Origin: Chloroflexota bacterium
Lineage (GTDB): Bacteria > Chloroflexota > UBA11872 > VXOZ01
NCBI GenBank assembly: GCA_965221905.1
Contig: OZ244922.1
Span: forward strand, 1,728,001-1,792,000
Direction of reading: 5' to 3'
DNA: 64,000 nucleotides
Shown: in pieces, positions 50,835 to 61,221 of the stretch
Layout of the letters: each line of letters opens with the position of its first letter
How positions within the stretch are numbered: the stretch's first letter is position 1
Notes under the pieces: generated by a model
Databases searched by the model: none
What the model was told of the DNA's origin: nothing
Seen by the model: only the letters and a program-made list of their open reading frames with translations
Translations under genes and position numbers: made by a program

Positions 50835-51010
50835 GCATGCGTGCACGAAGTGGCGCTGAATTTAGGGTGTCAACCGCTTCCCGTTAGCAAACGAGCGCGT
50901 GGCTTGTGGAGCGCGAGCAGCCGTCAGCCGGTGAGCGAATTGGCGGGTTTGGGGTCGTCTCGGATCTGAAACTCACCAGATAATCGCGGAGCCGCGAATG
51001 TGTAGCATGT
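50835..51010 (+). ncRNA. Candidate 6S RNA
   Basis: 176-nt non-coding stretch just after TATACT (50823-50828). It folds by eye as a long rod with a central bubble: GCATGC/GCATGT, TGCACG/TGTGTA, GTGGC/GCCGC, GGTG/CACC, CCCGTTAG/TTGGCGGG. Confidence 0.45.
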
Positions 51011-51072
51011 CCCAATTGCGGAGGATTGCGCTTTCAAGGTAAGGAAGCACTACTAATGAGAAAGATCAGGAA

Positions 51073-51291
51073 ATGAAGACTGGCATACATCCAACGTATC
51101 ACGAGCAAGCAACAATCGTTTGTAGTTGCGGCAATGAGATGAAGACCGGATCAACCTCAAAGTCACTGCGTGTGGACTTGTGCTCGAAGTGTCACCCCTT
51201 CTATACCGGCCAGCAGAAGTTGGTCGATACTGAGGGTCAGGTAGATCGCTTCATGCAGCGGCTGCGCCGTTCGAAGCGGCTGCAAGATTAG
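51073..51291 (+). CDS. rpmE: 50S ribosomal protein L31 (Zn-binding form)
   Basis: MKTGIHPTY...CSCG...[15 protein letters not shown]. Confidence 0.97.
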   Translation: MKTGIHPTYHEQATIVCSCGNEMKTGSTSKSLRVDLCSKCHPFYTGQQKLVDTEGQVDRFMQRLRRSKRLQD

Positions 51292-51469
51292 CTGCCGGTT
51301 TCCGGTTACGCCGTACAAGAAACTCTACGCTCACTGCGGCGAATTGAGGCTAGGGGGATAGGCAGTGTTGCTCTATCCCATGCATGGTGGATGCGGTCTC
51401 AGAGCCCCCTTCTCCAAGGAGTAAATGGTGATTGCGTTGCGAGGATAAGTTTCACGTGGCGCAAGATGC

Positions 51470-52396
51470 ATGACACGGCCTCTCTACGGCGGACAAGCGG
51501 TACTTGAAGGTGTGATGATGCGCGGTCATCGCCACGTGGCGGTGGCCGTACGCCATCCTAAGGGGCACATCGTCACTTGCGCCGACACGCTTCCGCCGCG
51601 ATTTCATGGGGGATTCATACGCAGGATCCCATTACTGCGCGGCATGGTGATGCTATGGGACGCCTTGACGCTTGGTAACCGCGCGCTCTCGTTTTCCGCG
51701 CAGGTGGCAGAGGACGAAGAGATTGGAGAAGGCGAGCCGGAATACTTGCCCCCCGGGTCCTCGGTGCGCCCAAACATGCTCATGTCGTTGACGATTGGGA
51801 TCGGCCTCTTTTTCGTTGCACCCACGCTTTTCGTCGGCCCTCTGTACGGGCAAGGTAGCAACGCCGTAGTTGCCAATCTTGTCGAGGGCCTGGTGCGGCT
51901 CCTCTTGTTGATTGGCTACCTTTGGCTAATTGGAAGAGCGCCGAAGATCGCGCGGGTATTCGCATACCACGGCGCCGAACACAAAGCAGTCCACGCGCAG
52001 GAGCGGGGTATGGACTTGGAGCCTGGAACAGTACAAGCCTGCTCCACTGCGCATCCACGCTGCGGTACAACGCTGCTGCTGGTTGTGGTAGCGTTGAGTG
52101 TGGTCGTCTTTGCGCTGCTGGGGCAACCGCCGCTGTGGATTCGCGTACTTTCTCGCGTGCTGCTGGTCCCGCTGCTCATTGGACTCTCATATGAGTGGCT
52201 GCGGTTCTCGGCAACGCACTTGCGGCAAGTGATGGTGAGCGCACTCGTTCGGCCGGGTTTGCTTCTACAATCTTTGACTACCCGCGAGCCTGACGATGGA
52301 CAAGTAGCCGTTGCCATTGCCGCTTTGCAGGCCGTGATGGCGGCAGATGAGCAGGCACAAGGAAATACCGTTCCCGCGGCAGTAAGAACCGCTTGA
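51470..52396 (+). CDS. DUF1385 membrane protein
   Basis: [29 protein letters not shown] and LTTREP; usual position between rpmE and prfA. Confidence 0.9.
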   Translation: MTRPLYGGQAVLEGVMMRGHRHVAVAVRHPKGHIVTCADTLPPRFHGGFIRRIPLLRGMVMLWDALTLGNRALSFSAQVAEDEEIGEGEPEYLPPGSSVRPNMLMSLTIGIGLFFVAPTLFVGPLYGQGSNAVVANLVEGLVRLLLLIGYLWLIGRAPKIARVFAYHGAEHKAVHAQERGMDLEPGTVQACSTAHPRCGTTLLLVVVALSVVVFALLGQPPLWIRVLSRVLLVPLLIGLSYEWLRFSATHLRQVMVSALVRPGLLLQSLTTREPDDGQVAVAIAALQAVMAADEQAQGNTVPAAVRTA

Positions 52397-52412
52397 GGCT
52401 ACAGAGCGTACG

Positions 52413-53483
52413 ATGCTTGAGAAACTCGCCGAAATCGAAGCACGCTTTCAGGAACTCAATCTGCTCATGGTTGAGCACAGTAATGACATTCCTCAGCTCA
52501 CTGCATTCGCCAAGGAACAAGCCTCACTGAGAGAGGTAGTACTCCTCTTTAACGAGCTGCTGCGAGTCGATAGGGAAATCAGAGGCGCCGAAGAGTTGCT
52601 GGCAGAAGAGGATGAAGATGAGCTCTTGGAGATGGCTCGGCTCGAAATTCAGCAACTTGAGAGCGAGAAGGAGTCTCTCCTGGAGCGGACACGGGCCGCC
52701 TTAGTGCCGAAAGATCCAAACGACGACCGTAATGTAATCATGGAGATACGCGCCGGCACGGGTGGCGATGAAGCGGGGCTCTTTGCAGCGGACCTTTTCC
52801 GCATGTATAACCTCTTCGCGGAAAAGCAGGGCTGGAAGACGGAATTTTTGTCATCCAGTCCGACCGGCATCGGCGGATTCAAGGAGATCATCTTTCTCGT
52901 CAAAGGGCAGGGCGCCTATAGCCGTCTCAAGTTCGAAGGCGGAGTGCACCGTGTGCAGCGCGTGCCCGTAACTGAGACCAGCGGTCGCATCCATACCTCG
53001 ACCGCCACGGTCGCCGTATTGCCCGAAGCGCAGGAAATCGACGTCAGCATCAACCCGGAAGATCTCTCAATCGACGTCTACCGCGCCAGCGGTCACGGCG
53101 GCCAAAGCGTGAACACTACAGACTCAGCCGTGCGCATTACCCATCTCCCGACCGGCCTGGTAGTGACGTGCCAAGATGAACGATCGCAGCAGCAGAACCG
53201 GATGCGTGCGTTGGCAGTCTTGCGGGCGCGCGTGCTTGAATTGGAGCAGCGCAAGCAGCAAGAGGAAGAGACCGCCATGCGTCGGGGCCTGGTAGGTACG
53301 GGGGAGCGGAGCGAGAAGATCCGCACCTACAACTTCCCGCAAAACCGCGTGACCGATCATCGCATCAGCCTTACCATCTACAACCTAGACCAGTTGATGG
53401 ACGGCAACGTGGAAGGCATTGTGGACGCTCTCACAACCACGTACGAGTCAGAGCGATTGGCTGCCGCCGGCTCGAAGAGCTAA
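52413..53483 (+). CDS. prfA: Peptide chain release factor 1
   Basis: [14 protein letters not shown] anticodon motif, GHGGQSVN and [15 protein letters not shown]. Confidence 0.97.
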   Translation: MLEKLAEIEARFQELNLLMVEHSNDIPQLTAFAKEQASLREVVLLFNELLRVDREIRGAEELLAEEDEDELLEMARLEIQQLESEKESLLERTRAALVPKDPNDDRNVIMEIRAGTGGDEAGLFAADLFRMYNLFAEKQGWKTEFLSSSPTGIGGFKEIIFLVKGQGAYSRLKFEGGVHRVQRVPVTETSGRIHTSTATVAVLPEAQEIDVSINPEDLSIDVYRASGHGGQSVNTTDSAVRITHLPTGLVVTCQDERSQQQNRMRALAVLRARVLELEQRKQQEEETAMRRGLVGTGERSEKIRTYNFPQNRVTDHRISLTIYNLDQLMDGNVEGIVDALTTTYESERLAAAGSKS

Positions 53484-53500
53484 GCTATTGGAACGCCACC

Positions 53501-54532
53501 GTGGTCGCATCTTCAGCAACCAAAGCGCCCGCAACCGGGAATGAAGAAGCCGCTGCTTCTCCCCAGTCACTTCCCCCAAATGTGAACGCTGTCGCGTTCG
53601 CTAGCGGTAGTCTCCAATCATCTTCCCAGCAAGACGTGCTCCACCGGGCCTCACAACAGCTCAGAAGGAGCGGCATTGACTCCCATGCACGGGATGCGCG
53701 CATACTCCTTAGGCATGTGCTTGGGTGTACCGAAGAAGACTTGGCCGGCGGCAGGGCGGACTTGCTCTCGGCCGGTCATGTTTCCACGTTGCAGAGGCTG
53801 ATTCTACGCCGTCAGCAAGGTGAACCCGTCGCCTATATCACCGGCAAGAAAGAGTTCATGGGGTTGGCGTTCGCGGTAGACCGGCGAGTGCTCATCCCCC
53901 GGCCGGAAACGGAACTGCTTGTTGAAAAGGCACTTGATCTGTTCGGCTGCGAAAGCAGCAATGGCCGCCATTCGCTCAGCCCACCGACTTGCCACGATGT
54001 GCCCCGACCGCTTTTCGCCGACATCGGCACAGGTAGCGGCGCGATTGCCGTGAGTATCGCGCAGGCGCTGCCGCAAGCCACCGTTTACGCCACAGATATG
54101 TCTGCCGATGCGCTGGCATCGGCGCAGCGGAATGGAGTTGCTCACGGGGTTTCGGACAGGCTCGTCTTGCTACAGGGAAGTTACCTGCAGGCATTGCCTG
54201 AATCTGTCCACGTCATCGTCTGCAACCCGCCCTACATCCCACGAGACGAGATAGCGGGCCTTGACCGCGACGTGCGGGACTATGAGCCGCGCCTCGCGCT
54301 TTCCGGCGGCGCTGACGGCCTTGACGCGTATCGGGCGATCTTCGCCGATTTGCCTACCTACCTCCATCCTGGCGGGACCGCACTCTTCGAGTTCGGTTTC
54401 GATATGGCGGCGCGCTTGAAAGCGCTCGCAGCACGACACATTCCCGGGGCTCGAGTTGAGGTCTTTCCAGACCTGGCCGGGTTTGATCGGATGCTGCAAA
54501 TCTCCCAGGTTGCATCGGGCAGCCGGGAGTAA
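53501..54532 (+). CDS. prmC: Release factor glutamine methyltransferase (start uncertain)
   Basis: GEPVAYITG, VLIPRPETE, DIGTGSG, NPPY and YEPRLALSGGADGL. Confidence 0.93.
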   Translation: MVASSATKAPATGNEEAAASPQSLPPNVNAVAFASGSLQSSSQQDVLHRASQQLRRSGIDSHARDARILLRHVLGCTEEDLAGGRADLLSAGHVSTLQRLILRRQQGEPVAYITGKKEFMGLAFAVDRRVLIPRPETELLVEKALDLFGCESSNGRHSLSPPTCHDVPRPLFADIGTGSGAIAVSIAQALPQATVYATDMSADALASAQRNGVAHGVSDRLVLLQGSYLQALPESVHVIVCNPPYIPRDEIAGLDRDVRDYEPRLALSGGADGLDAYRAIFADLPTYLHPGGTALFEFGFDMAARLKALAARHIPGARVEVFPDLAGFDRMLQISQVASGSRE

Positions 54533-54580
54533 GGGATAATCGCCACAATTTGCACCGCGAGTGAAAGACAAATAGCAGCT

Positions 54581-55867
54581 ATGCGCATTACCAACGTACG
54601 CGCGATTTGCACCGCGCCTGAAGGCATCGCTCTCGTTGTTGTAAAGGTGGAAACCAGTTCCCCCGGTCTCTACGGACTCGGCTGCGCCACGTTTACGCAG
54701 CGACCATTGACGGTCGTAACCGCCGTGGAAGAGTACTTGCGCCCCTTCCTCATCGGCAAGGACCCCGCCGCCATCGAGGACGCTTGGCAGACGGCCTACG
54801 TCAGTTCATACTGGCGCAGCGGGCCGGTGCTGAACAATGCGTTGGCGGGTGTGGATGCGGCGTTATGGGACATCAAAGGCAAATGCGCCAACATGCCCCT
54901 CTACCAACTCTTCGGCGGCAAGTGCCGCGACTACGCCGCGCTCTACGCGCATGCTGCGGGCGAAGGCGTGCACGCCCTGGAAGAGTCTGTGCGCGCTTAC
55001 ATGGCCCAAGGGTATAGCTACGTGCGTTGTCAATCGGCGGTGCCGGGCCTGGCAACGTACGGCGCCCGCAGCAACATCACGCGGTGGCAGCGCATGGCAC
55101 AGGGCGAAACGGGTTGGGAGGCTCAGTCCCCTTCAGAGCCCCGGCAGAGCCCACCTGAGATCGACCACAAAGCCCTGGAGGGAATTTGGGAGCCTACACC
55201 TTACGCGCGCCTTGTGCCGCGCCTCTTCGAACACCTGCGCAACCAATTGGGCGATGGCGTGGAATTGCTCCACGACGTGCATGAGCGTCTACCGCCGGTG
55301 CAAGCGCTGGGCCTGGCGAAAGCGCTTGAGCCCTATCATCTCTTCTTCCTCGAAGACCCGCTCGCGCCGGAGGATAGCGGGTACTTTCGCATTATGCGCC
55401 AGCAGACCACCACGCCCATCGCCATGGGCGAGCTTTTCGTAAACCAGGCCGAGTACATGCCCCTGATCGAAGAACGGCTCATTGACTTCATCCGGGTCCA
55501 CATCTCCGACATTGGCGGCATTTCGGTTGCTCGCAAGCTGGCGGCATACTGTGAGTTCTACGGCATTCGCACGGCGTGGCACGGGCCGGGCGACGTATCG
55601 CCAGTCGGCCACGCCGCCAATCTGCACCTCGATCTGGCGTGCCACAACTTCGGCATTCAGGAGCAGCATGTCTTCAATCAGGCTGCACAGGATGTGTTTC
55701 CCGGCACGCCGGAAATTCGCGACGGCGCGCTCTGGTCGAACGATCGGCCCGGCCTGGGTGTGGAGATCGACGAAGACCTGGCAGCCCGCTTTCCACTGCC
55801 TGAAACTCCCTATGGCGGCGGTTGGCCGCCAATCCGCCAGGCCGACGGTACCGTGATCCGGCCTTAG
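54581..55867 (+). CDS. Enolase-superfamily dehydratase, RspA/ManD (mannonate dehydratase-like)
   Basis: GLYGLGCATF, SYWRSGP, LLHDVHER, FFLEDP, IAMGE and RTAWHGPGDVSP. Confidence 0.88.
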   Translation: MRITNVRAICTAPEGIALVVVKVETSSPGLYGLGCATFTQRPLTVVTAVEEYLRPFLIGKDPAAIEDAWQTAYVSSYWRSGPVLNNALAGVDAALWDIKGKCANMPLYQLFGGKCRDYAALYAHAAGEGVHALEESVRAYMAQGYSYVRCQSAVPGLATYGARSNITRWQRMAQGETGWEAQSPSEPRQSPPEIDHKALEGIWEPTPYARLVPRLFEHLRNQLGDGVELLHDVHERLPPVQALGLAKALEPYHLFFLEDPLAPEDSGYFRIMRQQTTTPIAMGELFVNQAEYMPLIEERLIDFIRVHISDIGGISVARKLAAYCEFYGIRTAWHGPGDVSPVGHAANLHLDLACHNFGIQEQHVFNQAAQDVFPGTPEIRDGALWSNDRPGLGVEIDEDLAARFPLPETPYGGGWPPIRQADGTVIRP

Positions 55868-55991
55868 GCTCTTGATCGAGGTCGTTCGCTGGGAAACTCG
55901 CTTGAAATACGAGACATCAGCGACTCGAGTAGGCCCACTTCGTATCGTCTCCCGTAGACTGGATTCGCATGGCAGGATACGCTCTCTCTCC

Positions 55992-56000
55992 TGCTATAAT
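55992..56000 (+). promoter_or_regulatory. Extended -10 promoter of the tRNA
   Basis: TGCTATAAT ending 18 bp upstream of the tRNA 5' end. Confidence 0.65.
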
Positions 56001-56018
56001 TAGACGAGCGCCTTTCTT

Positions 56019-56094
56019 GCGCCTGTAGCTCAGTGGATAGAGCATCGGTCTTCGGAACCGAGGGTCGGGGGTTCGAATCCCTCCAGGCGTACCA
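56019..56094 (+). tRNA. tRNA-Arg (anticodon TCG)
   Basis: Acceptor GCGCCTG/CAGGCGT; D arm GCTC/GAGC; anticodon stem TCGGT/ACCGA with loop CT-TCG-GA; T loop TTCGAAT; encoded CCA. Confidence 0.95.
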
Positions 56095-56206
56095 AGCCTA
56101 ATGTCGGCAGAGTCGGTCTGAGGATACCGGTACCCCAGTGTCATTCGGAATGTCTGCTGCGGCTTAAGACTCCCTTTTTGAATGAAGCCGGAATAGAGGA
56201 GCGTAC

Positions 56207-57136
56207 GTGAACGGCCCAAGCGACGGTATTGTCATACGCGCAACCGGTATTACCAAGCAGTTTGGTGGAACCGTCGCAGTGAATGGGGTTTCGTTCCAGG
56301 TCAGCCATGGCGAGACCTACGGCCTGCTGGGACCTAACGGCGCAGGCAAGACTACTACCATGCGCATGGTGAGCGGGTTATCCCCGTTGACCGCCGGGGA
56401 ACTGATCGTGGCGGGTATTGACGTTTCCCGCGAAGCAAGAGAAGTGCGAAACGTTTTGGGCGTTGTAACGCAGGAGGACGGCCTCGACACCGACCTCAAC
56501 GCCAAAGACAATCTCATTGCGTATGGATACATCGCCGGACTCTCGCGTGCGCAGGCGGGGCGTAGGGCGGACGCCGTGCTGATGTTCTTTGACCTTACCG
56601 ACAAGGCGAAAGAGGACATCGATAGCCTTTCCGGCGGTATGAAAAGACGACTTGCGATAGCCAGGGCCTTCATGACCAACCCTCAAGTAATCGTGCTCGA
56701 CGAGCCCACGACCGGCCTTGACCCGCAAGGACGCAATCGCGTGTGGCAAGAGCTGGAAACAATGAAGCAAGCGGGTGTGACCATCCTCATGTCCACGCAC
56801 TACATGGATGAAGCAGCGGCCCTGTGCGACCGGCTCGCCATCATGCATCACGGCAGGATCCTCGCTGAGGGGGCGCCGGACGAACTGGTGAAACGGCACG
56901 CGGGACCGGAAGTGGCGCAGGTGCGCGTGTCCAACGGCGTACGTAAAGACGTGGTGAACTGGATCGGAAATGCCGGTCTCGACTATCGGGAAGCCGGCGC
57001 AATTATCACCGTCACCTCCCCCAACGGTGACCGTCCGGACCTCTCCGGCCTCGAGGGCGTGCGGGTCTCTTACCGGCCTTCCAATCTCGAAGACGTATTT
57101 CTTTCCATGGCAGGCAGGAAGCTGACGGACGAGTAA
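56207..57136 (+). CDS. ABC-2 exporter ATP-binding protein (NodI/DrrA-like)
   Basis: GPNGAGKTT, LSGGMKRRL, LDEPTTGLDPQ and STHYMDEA. Confidence 0.92.
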   Translation: MNGPSDGIVIRATGITKQFGGTVAVNGVSFQVSHGETYGLLGPNGAGKTTTMRMVSGLSPLTAGELIVAGIDVSREAREVRNVLGVVTQEDGLDTDLNAKDNLIAYGYIAGLSRAQAGRRADAVLMFFDLTDKAKEDIDSLSGGMKRRLAIARAFMTNPQVIVLDEPTTGLDPQGRNRVWQELETMKQAGVTILMSTHYMDEAAALCDRLAIMHHGRILAEGAPDELVKRHAGPEVAQVRVSNGVRKDVVNWIGNAGLDYREAGAIITVTSPNGDRPDLSGLEGVRVSYRPSNLEDVFLSMAGRKLTDE

Positions 57137-57924
57137 TGGCCGCCGCACGCAACACCTACTTCGCAGGCATTAGGCCGCGCAGCATTGCCGGGATATGGTA
57201 CCGTCACGCTCTGGTGTTGAGGCACACCTTACTGCCTTCTCTCACCTGGTATTTCGTTGAACCCTTCGTCATCCTCGTCGCCGTAGGCATAGGTATCGGA
57301 ACTCTGGTAGTCGACATCGACGGCGTGCCGTATGCGCAGTTCGTTACTCCGGGAATCATCGTGGGCTCCGCAATGTTCCATGCCATATTCGAGTGCTGCT
57401 GGGGGGCTTTCTTCCGTATTCAGAAGGGAGTCTATGAGACAACGCTGACCGCCCCGGTGAGCACGCGCGAGATCGCCATGGGTGACATTTCCTGGGCCAT
57501 GAGCAGAGCCGTCATCGTGGCTGTGTCCATAGGGACAGTGGCGGCCATTCTGGGGTGGATTGACACCTTCTCCGGTGTAGGCGTCCTGCTTGCCGCTGCG
57601 CTGGTTGGTGTGCAATTCGGCGCCATGGGTCTCATCTTCGCCGCGCTCGCGCCGAACGTGCACATTTTGTCGCTCACGTTCACCGTGGTAGCGACGCCCC
57701 TTTACTTCTTCAGCGGAGCCTTTTTTCCTATCTCCTCGATGCCGGACTGGATAGAACCCCTCGCCTGGGCCGCGCCGCTAACGCCCTCTGTGCACCTGGC
57801 GCGGGGGTTCGTGACTGGGGACTTGGGGATGTCCCACCTGCTCTCCGGCCTTTACGTAATGGTCTGGATCGTCGTGCTCTTCCCTATCGCCGCTGCCCTC
57901 TTGCACCGCCGTCTGGTCAAGTGA
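57136..57924 (+). CDS. ABC-2 exporter permease (NodJ-like)
   Basis: About 6 TM segments; YAQFVTPG and PLYFFSGAFFP; translationally coupled to the ATPase (TAATG). Confidence 0.88.
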   Translation: MAAARNTYFAGIRPRSIAGIWYRHALVLRHTLLPSLTWYFVEPFVILVAVGIGIGTLVVDIDGVPYAQFVTPGIIVGSAMFHAIFECCWGAFFRIQKGVYETTLTAPVSTREIAMGDISWAMSRAVIVAVSIGTVAAILGWIDTFSGVGVLLAAALVGVQFGAMGLIFAALAPNVHILSLTFTVVATPLYFFSGAFFPISSMPDWIEPLAWAAPLTPSVHLARGFVTGDLGMSHLLSGLYVMVWIVVLFPIAAALLHRRLVK

Positions 57925-58052
57925 TCGCCGCCTCCGAAGCACAACAGAGGTTCCGAGCATTTTACGACCTGTAACGGCATTGAGTTGTGGCTCATCATTC
58001 CCCAGGACCACTGGGTCGTGATGAAGCAGTCGGTAGTGGACCCGCGGCTTGA

Positions 58053-58928
58053 GCGGAGGGGAACTTCACGATCCACCGGCGCGGCCCGGCGTTCGGTACC
58101 ACGTTCCTCACGTTCAACATGAACCCCGGCACAGACGCGGAAACCGGCGAACCTTACGTGGTGGCGGAGAAGCTGGCGTGGTTCCAGAATACGCAGTTTC
58201 GGCAGGCGGTTGCCCATAGCATTGACAAGGATACTCTCGTCGCCGACATCTTGCATGGTCTCGGCTATCCGCAGTGGGCGGCCATTAGCCCGGCAGCCGG
58301 CGACTTCCACAATCATGACGTGCGCCGGTTCACCTATAACATCGGCAGAGCCAACGAAATCCTGGACAACCTCGGTTGGGTGGATACCAACGGCGACGGC
58401 ATCCGCGAGGATAGAGAGGGCAACACGATTGAGTTTGCGCTGACTACCAATGGCGACAATACCGTGCGCGGGGCCGTGACAGAGCACATCGCGGAGGGGC
58501 TGTTGGCAATCGGTATCAATGCCAACTACGAGTCCGTTGAGTTCGGCGAGCTTGTCGGCCAATTGACTGCTTCCTACGACTGGGAGGCCATCGTCAGCGG
58601 CTTGACCGGCGGCACAGACCCCTACAGCGGCATCGCCATCTGGCATAGCAGCGAGTCCCTGCACCTCTGGTATCCGAACCAACCGGAGTCCGCCACCGAC
58701 TGGGAAGCCCTGATCGACCACCTCTACATCCAGGCCAGCCAGGAACTCGACCACGAAATGCGCGTGGAACTCTACCACTACGCCCAGGAAATCATCGCCG
58801 AAAACCTCCCCCTCATCTACACCACCCTCTCCGAACGCCTCACCGCCACCCGCAACACCTTCGGCAATACGACGCCGACGCTGTACGGTCTGTGGGACAT
58901 CCGGTACTTGTACAGAACGGAGAAGTAG
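58053..58928 (+). pseudogene. C-terminal fragment of a family-5 (peptide/nickel) ABC solute-binding protein
   Basis: Homology begins mid-domain (EGNFTIHRRGPAFGTTFLTFNMNP, FRQAVAHSID) just after an in-frame TGA at 58050; no signal peptide or N-terminal half. Confidence 0.8.
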
Positions 58929-59126
58929 AACAATAGGCTAGCAAGGATATTAGGCAGTTAAACTTCGGAGCGACGCTGACATACATAGGTTGGTGTCGCT
59001 CCGCTGTGATTGTTGCGTGATTTACTTCTCGTTCACTCGGGGGAATTGAGCACTCAAGCGCGTGATACACTGATTCTTAGAGCCATATCTTGTGCAGTGC
59101 GCTAGAGGGAAATGACTTAGGAGGTC

Positions 59127-60101
59127 GTGCCAGTGTCAGATGGCATAGATGCTTGTCCGATTTGGGGCCAGAGTTATGTAGCAAGTGGATATTTTTTGCC
59201 AGCCACACGTACTTGGGTAGTCGAAGATTCGCCTCGAGCCGGGGGCGGGTATGAGATCGGCCAATTAGCGTGTAGTTCAGTTTGGGAGCTTGACGACCCA
59301 CAGAGAGCAAGGCTCACCACAATGCTCATAGATCAACGGGCGCTGGGCGTTAGTAGACCCATAGTAAGTCTTGAAATGGTTGAAGACGCAAGGCGCAGAC
59401 GCCCACTCCCAATTTACCAGCGCGCAGAGAGGCTCTTGCGCTATTTTGTAGAGCAATCCAATTACGCTGGACACCACATCGGAATTGGCGATGGAGACCC
59501 AGTTGAATTGGGTGCAATTGCGTGGTCCGAATCGCAAGCAGGGTCTGATATCGACTACTTCAATCGCTATTTGGAGCAAAACGGGTGGGTCCAATTACGC
59601 GGTGGTGACAACATAATCACGGTCTTGATAGACGGCTATAATCGAGTTGCAGACAAAAGAGCCAATGTTGATGCTTCCCAAGCGTTCGTCGCCATGTGGT
59701 TTAGCGATGAGACAAAAGGCCTGTACAAACAGGGAATCCAGCCTGCCATAGAAGACGCTGGCTACGTATCAATGCGAATTGACGAGAAAACTAATCTGAA
59801 CAAGACAGATGACGAGATCATTGCTGAAATTAGGAGATCACGATTCTTGGTGGCCGACTTCACGCATGGAGAGGATGGTGCGCGGGGAAGTGTTTACTTC
59901 GAGGCTGGATTTGCATACGGTTTGAACATTCCCGTAATCCATGCTTGTCGTAGCGATCTAGTGCAAGACCTCCATTTCGATACGCGGCAGTACCATCACA
60001 TCCTTTGGAATGAGAGTGACTTTAGAGAGTTTCGCAAGAACCTACGTTCCAGAATTATTGCTCGCATCGGACCCGGCCCTGAACTTGCGACCAATGACTA
60101 A
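59127..60101 (+). CDS. Degenerate Zn-ribbon + wHTH-like + nucleoside 2-deoxyribosyltransferase-like protein
   Basis: GGAGG RBS; C-terminal AFVAMWF, EIRRSRFLVADFT, GSVYFEAGFAYG and HFDTRQY. Confidence 0.7.
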   Translation: MPVSDGIDACPIWGQSYVASGYFLPATRTWVVEDSPRAGGGYEIGQLACSSVWELDDPQRARLTTMLIDQRALGVSRPIVSLEMVEDARRRRPLPIYQRAERLLRYFVEQSNYAGHHIGIGDGDPVELGAIAWSESQAGSDIDYFNRYLEQNGWVQLRGGDNIITVLIDGYNRVADKRANVDASQAFVAMWFSDETKGLYKQGIQPAIEDAGYVSMRIDEKTNLNKTDDEIIAEIRRSRFLVADFTHGEDGARGSVYFEAGFAYGLNIPVIHACRSDLVQDLHFDTRQYHHILWNESDFREFRKNLRSRIIARIGPGPELATND

Positions 60102-60169
60102 AAACGTTTGAAACAGACACACTACCCTATGCCCGAGGAGTTAGGCGTGTCATACAAGGAGACGAATAC

Positions 60170-61177
60170 ATGACCCAGCAAGGCTTGGGGCGGCTGGAAA
60201 AGGTTAATCTGAGACAGGTCTGGTCGGGTGAAGCAACTGACTTTACGCCTTGGTTAGCAGAAAAGGTAAACCTAGATCTGCTTGGCGGCACGCTAGGTAT
60301 GAAGTTGGAATTGGAAGCGCAGGAGCAGGACGTTGGGTCTTTTAGAGCCGACATTGTTTGTAAAGATACGGCTGATGGCAGTTGGGTCATAATTGAGAAC
60401 CAACTTGAGCGAACAAATCATACTCACTTAGGGCAAATCCTGACGTATGCTGCCGGGCTTAGTGCCGTAACCATCGTCTGGATAGCGCAGCGTTTCACCG
60501 ATGAGCACCGGGCGGCACTGGACTGGCTAAATGATATCTCTGGCGACGGCGCTCAGTTTGTTGGGCTGGAAATCGAGTTGTGGCGAATCGGCAAGTCTCC
60601 GCCCGCTCCGAAGTTCAACATCGTAGCCAAGCCGAATAACTGGACAAGAAGCAAGGAAAGCCGTACACAAGGACTGACTCCCACCAGGCAAATGCAGCTT
60701 GACTTCTGGTTAGGTTTCCGCGAATTCGTGTTGGACAAGCAAACACCCATCAAGCCTGGAAAACCGCAGCCGCTGCACTATATGAATATCAGTTTGGGAC
60801 GATCCGGCTTTAGACTTTCCGCCGTGGCTTCTCTTGAGGATTCAGCGAGTGGCACTTTTAGTAGCCACGAGCTCAGGGCCGGATTGTATATACATGACCA
60901 GGATCATTCAAAGAAGTACTTTGAGCTTCTTCAGCAGCATAAGGACGAGATTGAGAAGGAAATGGGCTGCACACTTGTATGGTACAACCCAGAAAACGCC
61001 CGGCCCTGTACTATTTTTGTCCGCAAGACTACCAATTTAGAGGACTCATCTGCTCGAGACGAGCAGTATGCCTGGCTACTAAAGAATCTCGAACTGCTCT
61101 ACGGAGCATTCGTAGATCGAGTTCAGATCCTTGATATTCCCAATGATGAATTCGCAAATGATTCTGGCTCTCAGTGA
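60170..61177 (+). CDS. NucS-like PD-(D/E)xK nuclease fused to DUF4268
   Basis: LRQVWSGEATDFTPWL, GSFRADIVC, IIENQLERTNHTHLGQILTYAAG; C-terminal LDFW..F...KDEIEKEMG..LVW. Confidence 0.8.
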   Translation: MTQQGLGRLEKVNLRQVWSGEATDFTPWLAEKVNLDLLGGTLGMKLELEAQEQDVGSFRADIVCKDTADGSWVIIENQLERTNHTHLGQILTYAAGLSAVTIVWIAQRFTDEHRAALDWLNDISGDGAQFVGLEIELWRIGKSPPAPKFNIVAKPNNWTRSKESRTQGLTPTRQMQLDFWLGFREFVLDKQTPIKPGKPQPLHYMNISLGRSGFRLSAVASLEDSASGTFSSHELRAGLYIHDQDHSKKYFELLQQHKDEIEKEMGCTLVWYNPENARPCTIFVRKTTNLEDSSARDEQYAWLLKNLELLYGAFVDRVQILDIPNDEFANDSGSQ

Positions 61178-61221
61178 GAGCGCTACATTTGACGGGAACT
61201 CAGAGAGATTGTGGCGGTACC

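Noticed and set aside
57852-58778. Long antisense ORFs (also 29936-30739, 24200-24958, 56378-57148, 32675-33373)
   Set aside because: These are shadows of GC3-rich genes on the opposite strand with no recognisable motifs.
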